Assembly: GCA_963708075.1 (NCBI GenBank)
Contig: OY970194.1
Coordinates: forward strand, 6,752,001 to 6,816,000
Length of the DNA: 64,000 bases
Reading direction: 5' to 3'
Origin: Sedimentisphaerales bacterium
Lineage (GTDB): Bacteria > Planctomycetota > Phycisphaerae > Sedimentisphaerales > Anaerobacaceae
Shown: positions 51,154 to 62,418 of the stretch, piece by piece
Position numbering within the stretch: position 1 is the first letter of the stretch
Layout: every line of letters begins with the position of its first letter
The notes under the pieces: generated by a model
The model's database searches: none
Told to the model about the DNA's origin: nothing
What the model saw: the letters and a program-made list of their open reading frames with translations, nothing else
Position numbers and translations under genes: made by a program

Positions 51154-51927
51154 CTAGAACCAATGAGTCGGCCCGGGTCGCCGAACGATCATTTGTTCGA
51201 ACTTCCGTGAATCCTGGTGTCCATCCATGTAGAGGATGTTGGCACCCTCAGGTTTGCCTCCCCGGCCGATGTGGGTCGTGCTGTCGTAGAGCTTATGTCG
51301 GCCCCAGAGGCCACCTACTACGTCGGTGAACGAGGCCGTTTCGGGATCGGGCCCCGTGCTAAGCGTTGCATCGAGCACTAACTCCGTGCCCCCGGCATTC
51401 TTCACGTTCAGGTTCTTCGGCCATTTCCAACTGTTCGGCACGCCATCGGGTTTGCCCTGTCTGCCGCTCTTTGTGTCCATCATCCAGAAGTAGCTGGTGA
51501 CCCGGTAGAGTTCGTCCCGCCGGTCTTGCCGCTCAAAAACTTCCTCGATCCGAGCATTGTAGGGCGGGTCGCTGCTGTACTGCCAGACGATGGCCATATC
51601 GCCGTTTTTGCTCTTATCGGACGGGCAATAGAAGGTGTGGCGGTCGCCGCCGGTGGCGAGAATGTAGTCGGTGGTGCTGTAGGCAATGTCCCACCACCAG
51701 TTGCCGCTGGCATTCAACGGCAGTCTTCCGTCATACTCATTGGCGTACATGTGCAGGCTGATGCCGACCTGCTTGAGGTTGTTGGCACAGGTCACGCGAC
51801 GAGCCTGGTTGCGGGCTCGATTCAAGGCCGGCATGAGAATCGCCATGAGAAGCGCGATGATCGCGATCACCACCAGCAGCTCGATCAGAGTGAACGCTCG
51901 TATCCTTCTTGAGACTATGGCTCTCAT
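51154..51927 (-). CDS. Prepilin-type N-terminal cleavage/methylation protein (planctomycete DUF1559 / H-X9-DG type)
   Basis: [41 protein letters not shown]...[10 protein letters not shown]. Confidence 0.9.
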   Translation of the reverse strand: MRAIVSRRIRAFTLIELLVVIAIIALLMAILMPALNRARNQARRVTCANNLKQVGISLHMYANEYDGRLPLNASGNWWWDIAYSTTDYILATGGDRHTFYCPSDKSKNGDMAIVWQYSSDPPYNARIEEVFERQDRRDELYRVTSYFWMMDTKSGRQGKPDGVPNSWKWPKNLNVKNAGGTELVLDATLSTGPDPETASFTDVVGGLWGRHKLYDSTTHIGRGGKPEGANILYMDGHQDSRKFEQMIVRRPGPTHWF

Positions 51928-52075
51928 AACAACCTTCCTCACTGCGGAATACTGCTCTCTAAGATGTCGCCGGACACCAAACGCGACGACACTGACACGG
52001 CTGCTTCCCTGCAAACCACAGCATCGTCATCGCGGAAACGACAAGCGGTGCGTTCTCGGCGTCAACTAATCCATG

Positions 52076-52117
52076 ATTATCTGAATCCCTGTCCGGCCAC
52101 GCAATACAGGATTGCGT
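52076..52117 (-). promoter_or_regulatory. Putative sigma-70 promoter with palindromic operator over -35
   Basis: TTGCGT-N17-GATAAT; palindrome ACGCAAT-N5-ATTGCGT at 52099-52117. Confidence 0.45.
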
Positions 52118-52224
52118 TTTTCTTTCGCCATTTTGCGAATGCCGCACCCAACGATCCCGGCTCCGCGTGCGGCATTCGGTGGCGGATTCCGATTCCACCC
52201 GACCCAAGAGCGCAGCCCAGTCTT

Positions 52225-52690
52225 CTGTCGCCCCTGCGGGGCTTTGGGATAGGATTGGCTATCGGTCCCCACCGTTGAAACGGTGGGCTATTGTCGGTCG
52301 CCCCCGTGGGGCGGATGGGCCGACGCAAGAGCACTGGGGCGCAAGTCCAAGAGTGTGGTCGGCTTTCGGTGCCGGATTGGGGCCTCGCCGTAGGACGAGC
52401 GTCCTCGCTCGTCCCTCTTTGTCGTGCGTCTTCGCACGATGGTTTGAGCGACTGCCCGTGCTCCCCGGGGGCGAACGGGGACGTTCGCCCTACGAAGAGC
52501 GCCGTGGACCGCCACCATATTCCGACCACACCCAGTCCGAGCCCGCAGGGCGATAGAGAATAGCCCAGCGATTTATCGCTGAGGAACCGGGGCCAAGGAT
52601 AAGAACCAGTCCCGTAAGGGACGAAAGAGGAGCGATCCGCACACGGCGGCTATACGCCGCCACCGTATTCCGACCACATCCCCGGCTCCG
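52225..52690. repeat. Cluster of REP-like palindromes
   Basis: gcccctgcggggc, cccaccgttgaaacggtggg, gtaggacgagcgtcctcgctcgtcc, gggcgaacggggacgttcgccctac, gtcccgtaagggac; direct repeat ccgccacc.tattccgaccaca (52510, 52656). Confidence 0.65.
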
Positions 52691-52760
52691 GTCCTGAACG
52701 GCATTGGGTGCGGCTACCCCCATGACGTAGGAGGGGCCGTTGACCTTCCCTCTGTCGTTT

Positions 52761-52907
52761 TGGCAAAACCCTGCCAAAACCGGCAAATCCCTGCATCGTC
52801 CCGGCGCAGGGCATGTTATGAGCAAATGCCCAAGTCTCGCATGGACAGGCAGTTACGCACATTGCGTGAAGGCGGTCTCCCTGTCTGTTTCTGGCACATC
52901 ATTTGCT
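52761..52907 (+). promoter_or_regulatory. Sigma-54 promoter with tandem putative UAS upstream of the HNH-AP2 gene
   Basis: TGGCAC-ATCAT-TTGCT (52892-52907, perfect consensus); TGGCAAAACCCTGCCA (52761) and CGGCAAATCCCTGCAT (52781). Confidence 0.75.
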
Positions 52908-52986
52908 CATATGGCCACTGTTGTAGAAACAGACAGAATCCAGGTCAGTGAGGGAGCCTTTGGATTGGTGATTGGCGAGCAGAATA

Positions 52987-53730
52987 ATGTCCAAGCGGTG
53001 TTGTGAGGTCTGTGCGTACGCCTGCGGGGTCCGGCGCGGTCCGGCCCAGATGCGGGTTTGTGCGAATTGTCCCGATGCACCCGGCGAGCTGACGCAGGTC
53101 GCGGGCGATGACTGTTGTCCCCGGTTTCGGGCGAAACGAGGTCCCGTGGTCCGGCTGGAGCCGCCGGAGGCGCCGGACGAGCGGACCAGGCTCATCCCGC
53201 TGACCCGGGGCAAGTTCGCGATGGTGGATGCGTCCGACTACGAGCAGCTCAGCAGATACAAATGGCACGCGATAAAGGCGGGCGGGAACTTCTATGCCTG
53301 CCGCAAAGAGAAGGGCAAGACCATTCTCATGCACCGACAGATCATGCAGGCGCCGGAGGGGAAGGTCGTCGATCACAAGAACCACAATGGCTTGGACGAC
53401 CACCGGCACAACCTGCGGAAATGTACGCAACAGCAGAACGTCTGCAACAGCCGGCCGCAGGGGGGCGAATCGGGCTTCAAGGGTGTGACGCGACACAGGG
53501 ACAAGTGGTCCGCCAGGATCAAGTACAAAGGGAAGTTGTATTACCTGGGGTGTTTTGACGACCCGGTCCAGGCCGCACTCGCCCGCGACCGCAAGGCTCG
53601 CGAGCTCGCCGGCGAGTACGCCTGGCTCAACCGCCCGGACGCCATCGCCGGCCGAATCGTGTATCTCAAAGGCATCATCCGCGTCCGTGTACGCCTCACC
53701 GCCCGCCTGCAAATCCTGCCGGCCGGATGA
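52987..53730 (+). CDS. HNH endonuclease-like + AP2 DNA-binding domain protein with Cys-rich N-terminus
   Basis: IPLTRGKFAMVD, MHRQIM, VVDHKNHNGLDDHRHNLR..T.QQN..N, SGFKGV, WSARI, YLGCF...AALARD..A.EL.GEYA.LN. Confidence 0.88.
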   Translation: MSKRCCEVCAYACGVRRGPAQMRVCANCPDAPGELTQVAGDDCCPRFRAKRGPVVRLEPPEAPDERTRLIPLTRGKFAMVDASDYEQLSRYKWHAIKAGGNFYACRKEKGKTILMHRQIMQAPEGKVVDHKNHNGLDDHRHNLRKCTQQQNVCNSRPQGGESGFKGVTRHRDKWSARIKYKGKLYYLGCFDDPVQAALARDRKARELAGEYAWLNRPDAIAGRIVYLKGIIRVRVRLTARLQILPAG

Positions 53731-54158
53731 GCCACAAACCCGCAATCACCGAAGAACATCTCCAGATGACTTCAACGAAGCGCCATAGACTCCCGCCGCA
53801 GAAAGAGTCAGAAACAACAAATCACACGAATTGCCCCGAAAAGGATGAAAATGGCATAGGCCGCTCGTAGGGTGGGTCCTTGACCCACGCGGTTGCCCAT
53901 GCGAAACGTTCTTGACCGAATTCGCCGCAGCGAGTGCAGGTATTGACGGCAAGCCAGACGGGAAACCAGGGGAAACTATGGTCCGTGTCGAATGGCACCT
54001 ATAGGGCCATGCCCCCCGCGATCCTTATAGGATGGCCCGGCGCATGCTCATGCGATACGGATAGGATTTCGGCAGACGTGAGGCAACCCTTCCTGTGGCG
54101 TTCAGAGAAGGAGTCACGCCACGATGGAAGGACTGGCCTACGAGCCAAGACTCATGGT

Positions 54159-54941
54159 ATGATGAACGTAATGGCCCTTGGACACGCGAAATTCAGATCG
54201 TACCGGAGTTATCATAGATTCCGACGGGCAACTATGCGGCAAACGCGGTACGCACTCAGCGCCGAAAGCCAAGCCTTCCTGGAAACGGTGAAAGATACGG
54301 CGACAGACAGAGTCCGTGTTCTCGCTGCTGATGAACGCCTTTGGCGAGCACAGCTTGGCTGCCGCGACTCCGATACAGATGGAAAGCCAGTCCCCTATAA
54401 GCGGAAACGGATGAAACCGCTGCCAGAACGAGCACAGGAAGGTCGGGCCAATCCTAAAGGTATTCCCTATCTCTATCTTGCCACTGATCGTGACACAGCA
54501 ATTGGTGAGGTCCGCCCATGGGTCGGGTCATACGTCTCAGTGTGTAGGTTCACGATACGGAAAGAACTCCGGCTTGTAGATTGCACGAAAGATGAGCAGC
54601 CGTACAAGCGATACAGAAAAGAACCACGACCGGAGATACGGGAAGAAGCCGTATGGTCGTCCATCAGCCGCGCGTTCTCCAAGCCGGTCAACCCCTGCGA
54701 TGACATCGCCGATTATGTGCCCACGCAGATAATCGCGGAGTTCCTGAAGACCCATGGATACGATGGCATCGAATACCGCAGTTCGCTGGGCAAGGGGCAT
54801 AACATAGTGCTCTTTGACCTCAGCTTGGCCGAACCCGGCACGTGCTATCTGTTCCAGGTAAAAACCGTGTCATTCGCATCCAAGGATACGGGGAAACGTT
54901 ATCCTCCCGCCGCAGCACCATTGCATCTTCGTGATCGATAG
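54159..54941 (+). CDS. RES domain protein (putative NAD+ phosphorylase/ART-like toxin); start uncertain
   Basis: EGRANPKGIPYLYLA...TAIGEVRP, DYVPTQIIAEFLK..GYDGIEYRSS...NIVLF. Confidence 0.85.
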   Translation: MMNVMALGHAKFRSYRSYHRFRRATMRQTRYALSAESQAFLETVKDTATDRVRVLAADERLWRAQLGCRDSDTDGKPVPYKRKRMKPLPERAQEGRANPKGIPYLYLATDRDTAIGEVRPWVGSYVSVCRFTIRKELRLVDCTKDEQPYKRYRKEPRPEIREEAVWSSISRAFSKPVNPCDDIADYVPTQIIAEFLKTHGYDGIEYRSSLGKGHNIVLFDLSLAEPGTCYLFQVKTVSFASKDTGKRYPPAAAPLHLRDR

Positions 54942-55114
54942 TGTCTTGAGACCCAACAAGAAAGCCCGGCATAAAACCGAGCTTCGCTCGCTTCACTATC
55001 GTAGCCGCTACTTCACCAGGCGCACCCGCCTTTGATCGTCGTGGAAATCTGGACACCATACTCACTTCGGATGCCGAGATAGGTAAGATGTCGCGGGGAT
55101 TCCCAGGAAGGAAA

Positions 55115-56083
55115 TCACACGGAGCGTCGTTTACCTGAGCTGATCACGATCGGACCGGCCGAGCGGTCGTTGACGACGATCGTGAACATCGTATCTTCCC
55201 TGCAACTTGTGCGGCAGGCGGCCTGGACAGCGGGGAGGTTCTCTCCGAAGGCCGTGAAGGTACGCTCCGAGTCGTCGTTCCTGGTATACACGCCATTGGC
55301 ATCGGGACCCTGCTGGTGGGCTCCCTTGCGGAGAAAAGACTTGCTGAAGTTGCCTTCGATCATGTATTTCGCGCCCTGCTCCGAAGCCACCGTCGGGCTG
55401 CCCTTGAGAATGCGCTTCGCGGTCTTCTCGCAGTCCGCCTGCTTGCCGCGGATGCGGACTTTGACGCCACCCTCGATGAACTCCATGGTGACTTTCTGCC
55501 CAATGGCGGCGATGGCCTCGGCCCCGGTGATCTTCTCGAATCCACCGGCCGGCGCTTCCGCGGCGGGCGCGACCTCGGGCTGCGGCTTCTGAGCCGTCGC
55601 CTTCGTCTCGATGGGCTCGCCCGGATTCCGGAGTTCGCCACGGAAAACGAGTCCGTGTTGCCCTTCTTCGGAGGTCAGGCTGCCAGGGCGTCCGACGAAG
55701 TGGGCCACGCGCGTCAGCAGGCTCTTCGGCGTGGCGCTCAGCGGTGTGAGCTTGAAGCGACCGTCGGGTTTGCGATCGAGGACGATCGAGCCGGTCTCCT
55801 CAGGCTCTCCGGCGTAGATCCCCCAGACGATGACCCTACCGGTCTTCACGACGGTGACAGGATTCCCCCTCATGACCAGCCCGCCGAAGGTCGCCGCGAG
55901 CTCACGATTGGGACTCGTAATCCAGGCGTTGTCTTTCTCGATCAGCAAGAACGCATGACGCTCGCTCAGCGGACGCTGAAGTCTCGCTTTGCTCTTAGGT
56001 ATCTTCACGTCTTCTGCCAAGGCCCCAATGACTAATGACAAAACGGATAACGACGATTGAAGAGAGTATATCGTCAGCGGCAT
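55115..56083 (-). CDS. Hypothetical protein, start uncertain
   Basis: Long ORF with host-like codon usage over 55115-55980; no motif recognised. Confidence 0.5.
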   Translation of the reverse strand: MPLTIYSLQSSLSVLSLVIGALAEDVKIPKSKARLQRPLSERHAFLLIEKDNAWITSPNRELAATFGGLVMRGNPVTVVKTGRVIVWGIYAGEPEETGSIVLDRKPDGRFKLTPLSATPKSLLTRVAHFVGRPGSLTSEEGQHGLVFRGELRNPGEPIETKATAQKPQPEVAPAAEAPAGGFEKITGAEAIAAIGQKVTMEFIEGGVKVRIRGKQADCEKTAKRILKGSPTVASEQGAKYMIEGNFSKSFLRKGAHQQGPDANGVYTRNDDSERTFTAFGENLPAVQAACRTSCREDTMFTIVVNDRSAGPIVISSGKRRSV

Positions 56084-56099
56084 CAAGAATCCAGAAGAA

Positions 56100-56810
56100 A
56101 TGGAGACTACGGCAACGCCCCAGAGGGTCACACAGAGGGTCACATGGGGTCAGAGCTTGATTAGCGGTTGTTGGTTGATCGTTGTTGGTTCTCAGTTGAG
56201 AAGCCTTCATACTACTACTTGTCAGAATCTTGTTTTCTTGCGCAAATCTTGGTTGCGGCCGCAGGCCGCGCTGGGCTCTTCGAGGTCTTCGTGGCTGAAA
56301 GGACCTGGATTCCCGCCTTCGCGGGAATGACGTACATGCGGTCTTTCTCGCGTGTTTCGCGTATTTCGCGGTTAAATCGCAGTTGTCGGGGGTCAGTTGG
56401 CGGTTGTCAGTTGAAAACCTGGATTTCCGACCCCGATCAGGTCGAGGGCAGGCCCTGCGCGGGAATGACATGGCAGGGGGGCCTTTTTTCATGTGGTTCG
56501 CGTCCCGCGATCCGGGGCACCGGTAGTCTACGTGCAAACCGGCAGCAACTGGAAATCCTCTCCAGATGACTTCAGCCATTAGTGTCATTCGTGCGATTCG
56601 TTGTTCAGGAGGGCGTTCGTATTTTGGTGAAAAGAAAACGCAAGATAACCTTTGCAATCGTGACGCAAAATGGATAATAGGACACAAGCTCGCTCCCGGG
56701 GGCTTCTGTGACACCGGGGCCCGTGTGGATTCGAGGTTGTAGCACCCCCGCCCTCGGGGGTGACCTTGCAGATTCCCAGCCGAGGGCGGCTGGGCTACAC
56801 CTTTTGAGAA
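56100..56810. repeat. Mosaic of REP-like and short tandem repeats
   Basis: ctggattcccgccttcgcgggaatgac, a nested variant at ~56420-56470, GTTGTYR heptamers, cgcgtgtttcgcgtatttcgcg, gtagcacccccgccctcgg...ccgagggcggctgggctac. Confidence 0.6.
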
Positions 56811-56819
56811 AGGCAGACA

Positions 56820-58040
56820 ATGGTTGAGGTCAAGTCGCAGTTCATTCGTCTGAGTCTTGTCGCAGCGATCGTGGGTATTGCCGGGTGCGAGATGAGGCCG
56901 ATGCACCGCATGACGCCGAGAGCCGAGCGTCGTGAGTCGGCGGCTGCGAAGCCGGTGGCTACGGATTCCAAGTCGCCCACCCTGAATATTGAGACCAAGC
57001 CATTCGGCGAGACAGCAGAGGGCCAGCCGGTCCGGCTGTACTCGCTGCGCAACGCCAACGGGCTGACAGCGGACATCATGACCTACGGGGCCATCGTCGT
57101 CTCGCTCCAGACGCCCGATCGCGACGGACGGATGGACGACATCGTCCTCGGTTATGACAACCTGCAGGACTACATCAAGAACAGTCCCTACTTCGGCGCC
57201 ATCGTGGGACGCTACGGCAACCGGATTGCCAAGGGCAAATTCACGCTCGACGGCACCGAGTACACTCTCGCCACCAACAATAACAACCTGAACCACCTGC
57301 ACGGCGGGGTCAAGGGCTTCGACAAAGTCGTGTGGGACGATGAGCCCGTGTGGAAAGCCGACGCCGTCGGCGTCAAGCTCAGCTACCTGAGCAAGGACGG
57401 TGAGGAAGGCTATCCCGGCAACCTCAAGGCCACCGTCACGTACCTGCTGACGAATAAGAATGAGCTGAGGATCGACTACGAAGCAACGACGGACAAGCCC
57501 ACGCCCGTCAATCTGACGCATCATGGCTACTTCAACCTCACCGGCGGAGAGCGCGACATTCTCGGCCACGTCCTCGTCCTCAACGCGGCCCAATTCACCC
57601 CCGTCGATGAGGGCCTGATCCCCACGGGCGAGCTTACCCCTGTCCGGGGTACGCCGATGGATTTCACCAAACCCGCAGAGATCGGGGCGAGGATCAATAA
57701 CGGGTATCAGCAGCTCAAGTTCGGCGGCGGATACGACCACAACTGGGTCTTGGACAAGCGAGGCAGCGGAATGACTTTGGCCGCTCGTGTCTATGAGCCG
57801 ACGACAGGGCGGATCATGGAGATCCTGACCCTGGAGCCCGGCATCCAGTTCTACTCCGGCAACTTCCTCGACGGCACGATCACCGGCAAAGAGGGCAAGG
57901 TCTACAAGCATCGCTGGGGCTTCTGCCTGGAGACGCAGCACTTCCCGGACTCGCCCAATAAGCCGAACTTCCCGTCCACAATCCTGCGGCCGGGCGAGAA
58001 ATACGAGACAACGACGATCTATCGCTTCTCAGCAAAATAA
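56820..58040 (+). CDS. galM: Aldose 1-epimerase with lipoprotein-like signal
   Basis: YFGAIVGRYGNRI, HLHGG, GEEGYPG, NLTHHGYFNL, GYDHNW, QFYSGNFL, CLETQHFPDSPN; IAGC lipobox. Confidence 0.92.
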   Translation: MVEVKSQFIRLSLVAAIVGIAGCEMRPMHRMTPRAERRESAAAKPVATDSKSPTLNIETKPFGETAEGQPVRLYSLRNANGLTADIMTYGAIVVSLQTPDRDGRMDDIVLGYDNLQDYIKNSPYFGAIVGRYGNRIAKGKFTLDGTEYTLATNNNNLNHLHGGVKGFDKVVWDDEPVWKADAVGVKLSYLSKDGEEGYPGNLKATVTYLLTNKNELRIDYEATTDKPTPVNLTHHGYFNLTGGERDILGHVLVLNAAQFTPVDEGLIPTGELTPVRGTPMDFTKPAEIGARINNGYQQLKFGGGYDHNWVLDKRGSGMTLAARVYEPTTGRIMEILTLEPGIQFYSGNFLDGTITGKEGKVYKHRWGFCLETQHFPDSPNKPNFPSTILRPGEKYETTTIYRFSAK

Positions 58041-58089
58041 TCGGTGGGATGAGAACCATAAATCCATTGGTATTCTGCAGGGGATCTGT

Positions 58090-59880
<1,791 letters not shown>

Positions 59881-60040
59881 CGGGAACGATGAAGAAGATG
59901 GTGTGCGTAGCACACCCTACCGCTACGGCTGTCGCCCGGCACGGGACCCTTTGGGGTACTTCTCCGGGTGGCAGCGGCAAGCGAATGCTTGCCGATGGTG
60001 TGTGAGGTGACCGGGTAACGGTTGCTTAGGGGATGACGAC

Positions 60041-61714
60041 ATGAAGTATGCGATAGGTTTGGACTACGGCACGAACAGCGTGCGGTGCGTGATTGTCGAT
60101 ACCGCCGACGGGCGGGAGCTGGGCACGTGCGTCTTTGAGTATCCGACGGGCGAGGCGGGGATCATCCTTGACCCGGCGGACCATAATCTGGCCCGGCAGA
60201 ATCCGGCCGATTATCTCAAGGGTGCGGAGGTCACAATCGCCGGGGCGATTGCCCAGGCTCGCAAGGCCGATTCGCGATTCGATCCGAAGGACGTCGTCGG
60301 CGTCGGCGTGGATACGACGGGCTCGACGCCTCTGCCGGTGGACAGGAACGGCACGCCGCTGGCGATGCTGGATCGGTTCAAGGACAATCCCAACGCACAC
60401 GCGTGGCTGTGGAAGGACCACACCGGCTACGCGGAGGCGGCGGAAATCACGGCCCAAGCCCGCAGGGAGCGACCGCAGTACCTGGACAAGTGCGGCGGGA
60501 CGTATTCCTCCGAGTGGTTCTTCAGCAAGATTCTCCACTGCCTGCGTGTGGACCCCGAGACTTTTGATGCCGCGTACACGTGGGTCGAGCACGCCGACTG
60601 GCTGCCGGCGGTGCTGACCGGGACCGAGGCCCCGGACAAGCTTCGGCGATGCCGCTGTGCGGCGGGGCACAAGGCCATGTTCAACGACACCTGGGGCGGC
60701 TATCCGGACGCCGAGTTTCTCTCCGGGCTCGATCCTAAGCTCGGCAAGCTTCGCGGGACGCTGAGCAACCAGACCTACGCGGTGGACAAAGCGGCCGGAA
60801 AACTGACGCATGAGTGGGCGAAGAGATTCGGACTGCCCGCGGGCATCCCCGTGGCCATGGGGGCGTTCGACGCGCACCTTGGCGCCGTCGGATCGGGCAT
60901 CCGCAGCGGCGTGCTCGTCAAGATCATCGGCACCAGCACCTGCGACATGGTGGTGTCGCCGACCGGCGTGAGCCTGGCGGATGTCCCCGGCATCTGCGGC
61001 ATCGTGGATGGCTCAATTCTGCCCGGCTACTACGGGCTGGAGGCGGGCCAGTCGGCGGTGGGGGACATCTTCAACTGGTTCGTCAACTACATCCAGCCGG
61101 GCGGCAAAGAGGCCGGCTCGCACCAGTCCCTTACAGACAAAGCGGCGCGTCTCAAGCCGGGCCAGTCCGGCCTGCTTGCGCTCGATTGGAACAACGGCAA
61201 CCGCACGATTCTCGTCGATCAGCGGCTTACGGGACTCATCCTCGGCCAGACGCTGCACACCCGGCCCGAGGAAATCTACCGGGCGCTGGTCGAGGCCACG
61301 GCCTTCGGGGCGCTGACGATCATCAACCGATTCGAAGAGTACGGCGTCAAGATCAGCGAGGTCGTCAACTGTGGCGGCATCGCCGAGAAGAACGCCATGC
61401 TCATGCAGATTTACGCCGATGTCACCGGACGAGAGATGAAGGTCTCTCGCTCGGCCCAGACCTGTGCCTTGGGCTCGGCCGTCGCGGCCGCTGTCGTCGG
61501 CGGGGCGTACCCGGACTTCGCTCACGCTCAGGCGGCCATGTGCGGCATCAAGGAGACCACTTACAAGCCGATCGCGAAGAACCACAAGGTCTATCGGCAA
61601 CTGTACAAGCTTTACCGGCGGCTCCACGACGGCTTCGGAATGGCCAAGAAGACCCTGGCCATGGGCGGCGTGATGAAAGAGCTGCTGGACATCAAAGAGA
61701 AAGCCAACGCGTAG
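60041..61714 (+). CDS. araB: L-ribulokinase
   Basis: IGLDYGTNSVR, ARQNPADY, GVDTTGST, LWKDH, YSSEWF, GTSTCD, EAGQSAVGD, DWNNGNR. Confidence 0.92.
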   Translation: MKYAIGLDYGTNSVRCVIVDTADGRELGTCVFEYPTGEAGIILDPADHNLARQNPADYLKGAEVTIAGAIAQARKADSRFDPKDVVGVGVDTTGSTPLPVDRNGTPLAMLDRFKDNPNAHAWLWKDHTGYAEAAEITAQARRERPQYLDKCGGTYSSEWFFSKILHCLRVDPETFDAAYTWVEHADWLPAVLTGTEAPDKLRRCRCAAGHKAMFNDTWGGYPDAEFLSGLDPKLGKLRGTLSNQTYAVDKAAGKLTHEWAKRFGLPAGIPVAMGAFDAHLGAVGSGIRSGVLVKIIGTSTCDMVVSPTGVSLADVPGICGIVDGSILPGYYGLEAGQSAVGDIFNWFVNYIQPGGKEAGSHQSLTDKAARLKPGQSGLLALDWNNGNRTILVDQRLTGLILGQTLHTRPEEIYRALVEATAFGALTIINRFEEYGVKISEVVNCGGIAEKNAMLMQIYADVTGREMKVSRSAQTCALGSAVAAAVVGGAYPDFAHAQAAMCGIKETTYKPIAKNHKVYRQLYKLYRRLHDGFGMAKKTLAMGGVMKELLDIKEKANA

Positions 61715-61716
61715 CG

Positions 61717-62406
61717 ATGCACGAGAAGCTCAAACAACACGTCTATGAGGCCAATCTCGACCTGCAGAAGCAGGGCCTGGTCGTCTTTACCTGGGGCAAC
61801 GTCAGCGGCATCGACCGCGCCGCCGGCATCGTCGCCATCAAGCCCAGCGGCGTCAACTACGCGGACCTCACGCCCGAGAGCATCGTCCTGGTCGATCTGC
61901 AGGGCAAGGTGGTGGACGGGAACCTGCGGCCGTCCTCAGACACCCCGACGCATCTGGAACTCTACCGCAATTTCCAGGGCATCGGCGGCGTCTGTCACAC
62001 GCACTCGATGTACGCCACGATGTGGGCCCAGGCCGAGCAGGGGATTCCCTGCTTTGGAACGACGCACGCCGATCATTTCTATGGCCCCGTGCCCGTGACC
62101 GACCCGCTGACGCGGGAGGAGATCGATGGTGCGTACGAGGAGAACACGGGCCGGGTCATCATCCGGCGGTTCCACGACATCGACCCGCTCCACATGCCCG
62201 CCGTGCTGGTCGCCAATCACGGGCCGTTCACCTGGGGCATCAGCCCGGATCGGGCCGTCGAGAACGCCGTCGTCCTGGAACAAGTGGCGAAGATGGCCTT
62301 CGGGACCATCTCCATCAACTGGCATCAAACCGCAATTTTACGAGCGCTTCTGGATAAGCATTATCTGCGAAAACATGGAACGAACGCATATTATGGGCAA
62401 CCATAG
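61717..62406 (+). CDS. araD: L-ribulose-5-phosphate 4-epimerase
   Basis: FTWGNVSG, IKPSGV, PSSDTPTH, HTHS, GTTHAD, HGPFTWG, LLDKHYLRKHG.NAYYGQ. Confidence 0.93.
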   Translation: MHEKLKQHVYEANLDLQKQGLVVFTWGNVSGIDRAAGIVAIKPSGVNYADLTPESIVLVDLQGKVVDGNLRPSSDTPTHLELYRNFQGIGGVCHTHSMYATMWAQAEQGIPCFGTTHADHFYGPVPVTDPLTREEIDGAYEENTGRVIIRRFHDIDPLHMPAVLVANHGPFTWGISPDRAVENAVVLEQVAKMAFGTISINWHQTAILRALLDKHYLRKHGTNAYYGQP

Positions 62407-62418
62407 AGGAGAGGCACA

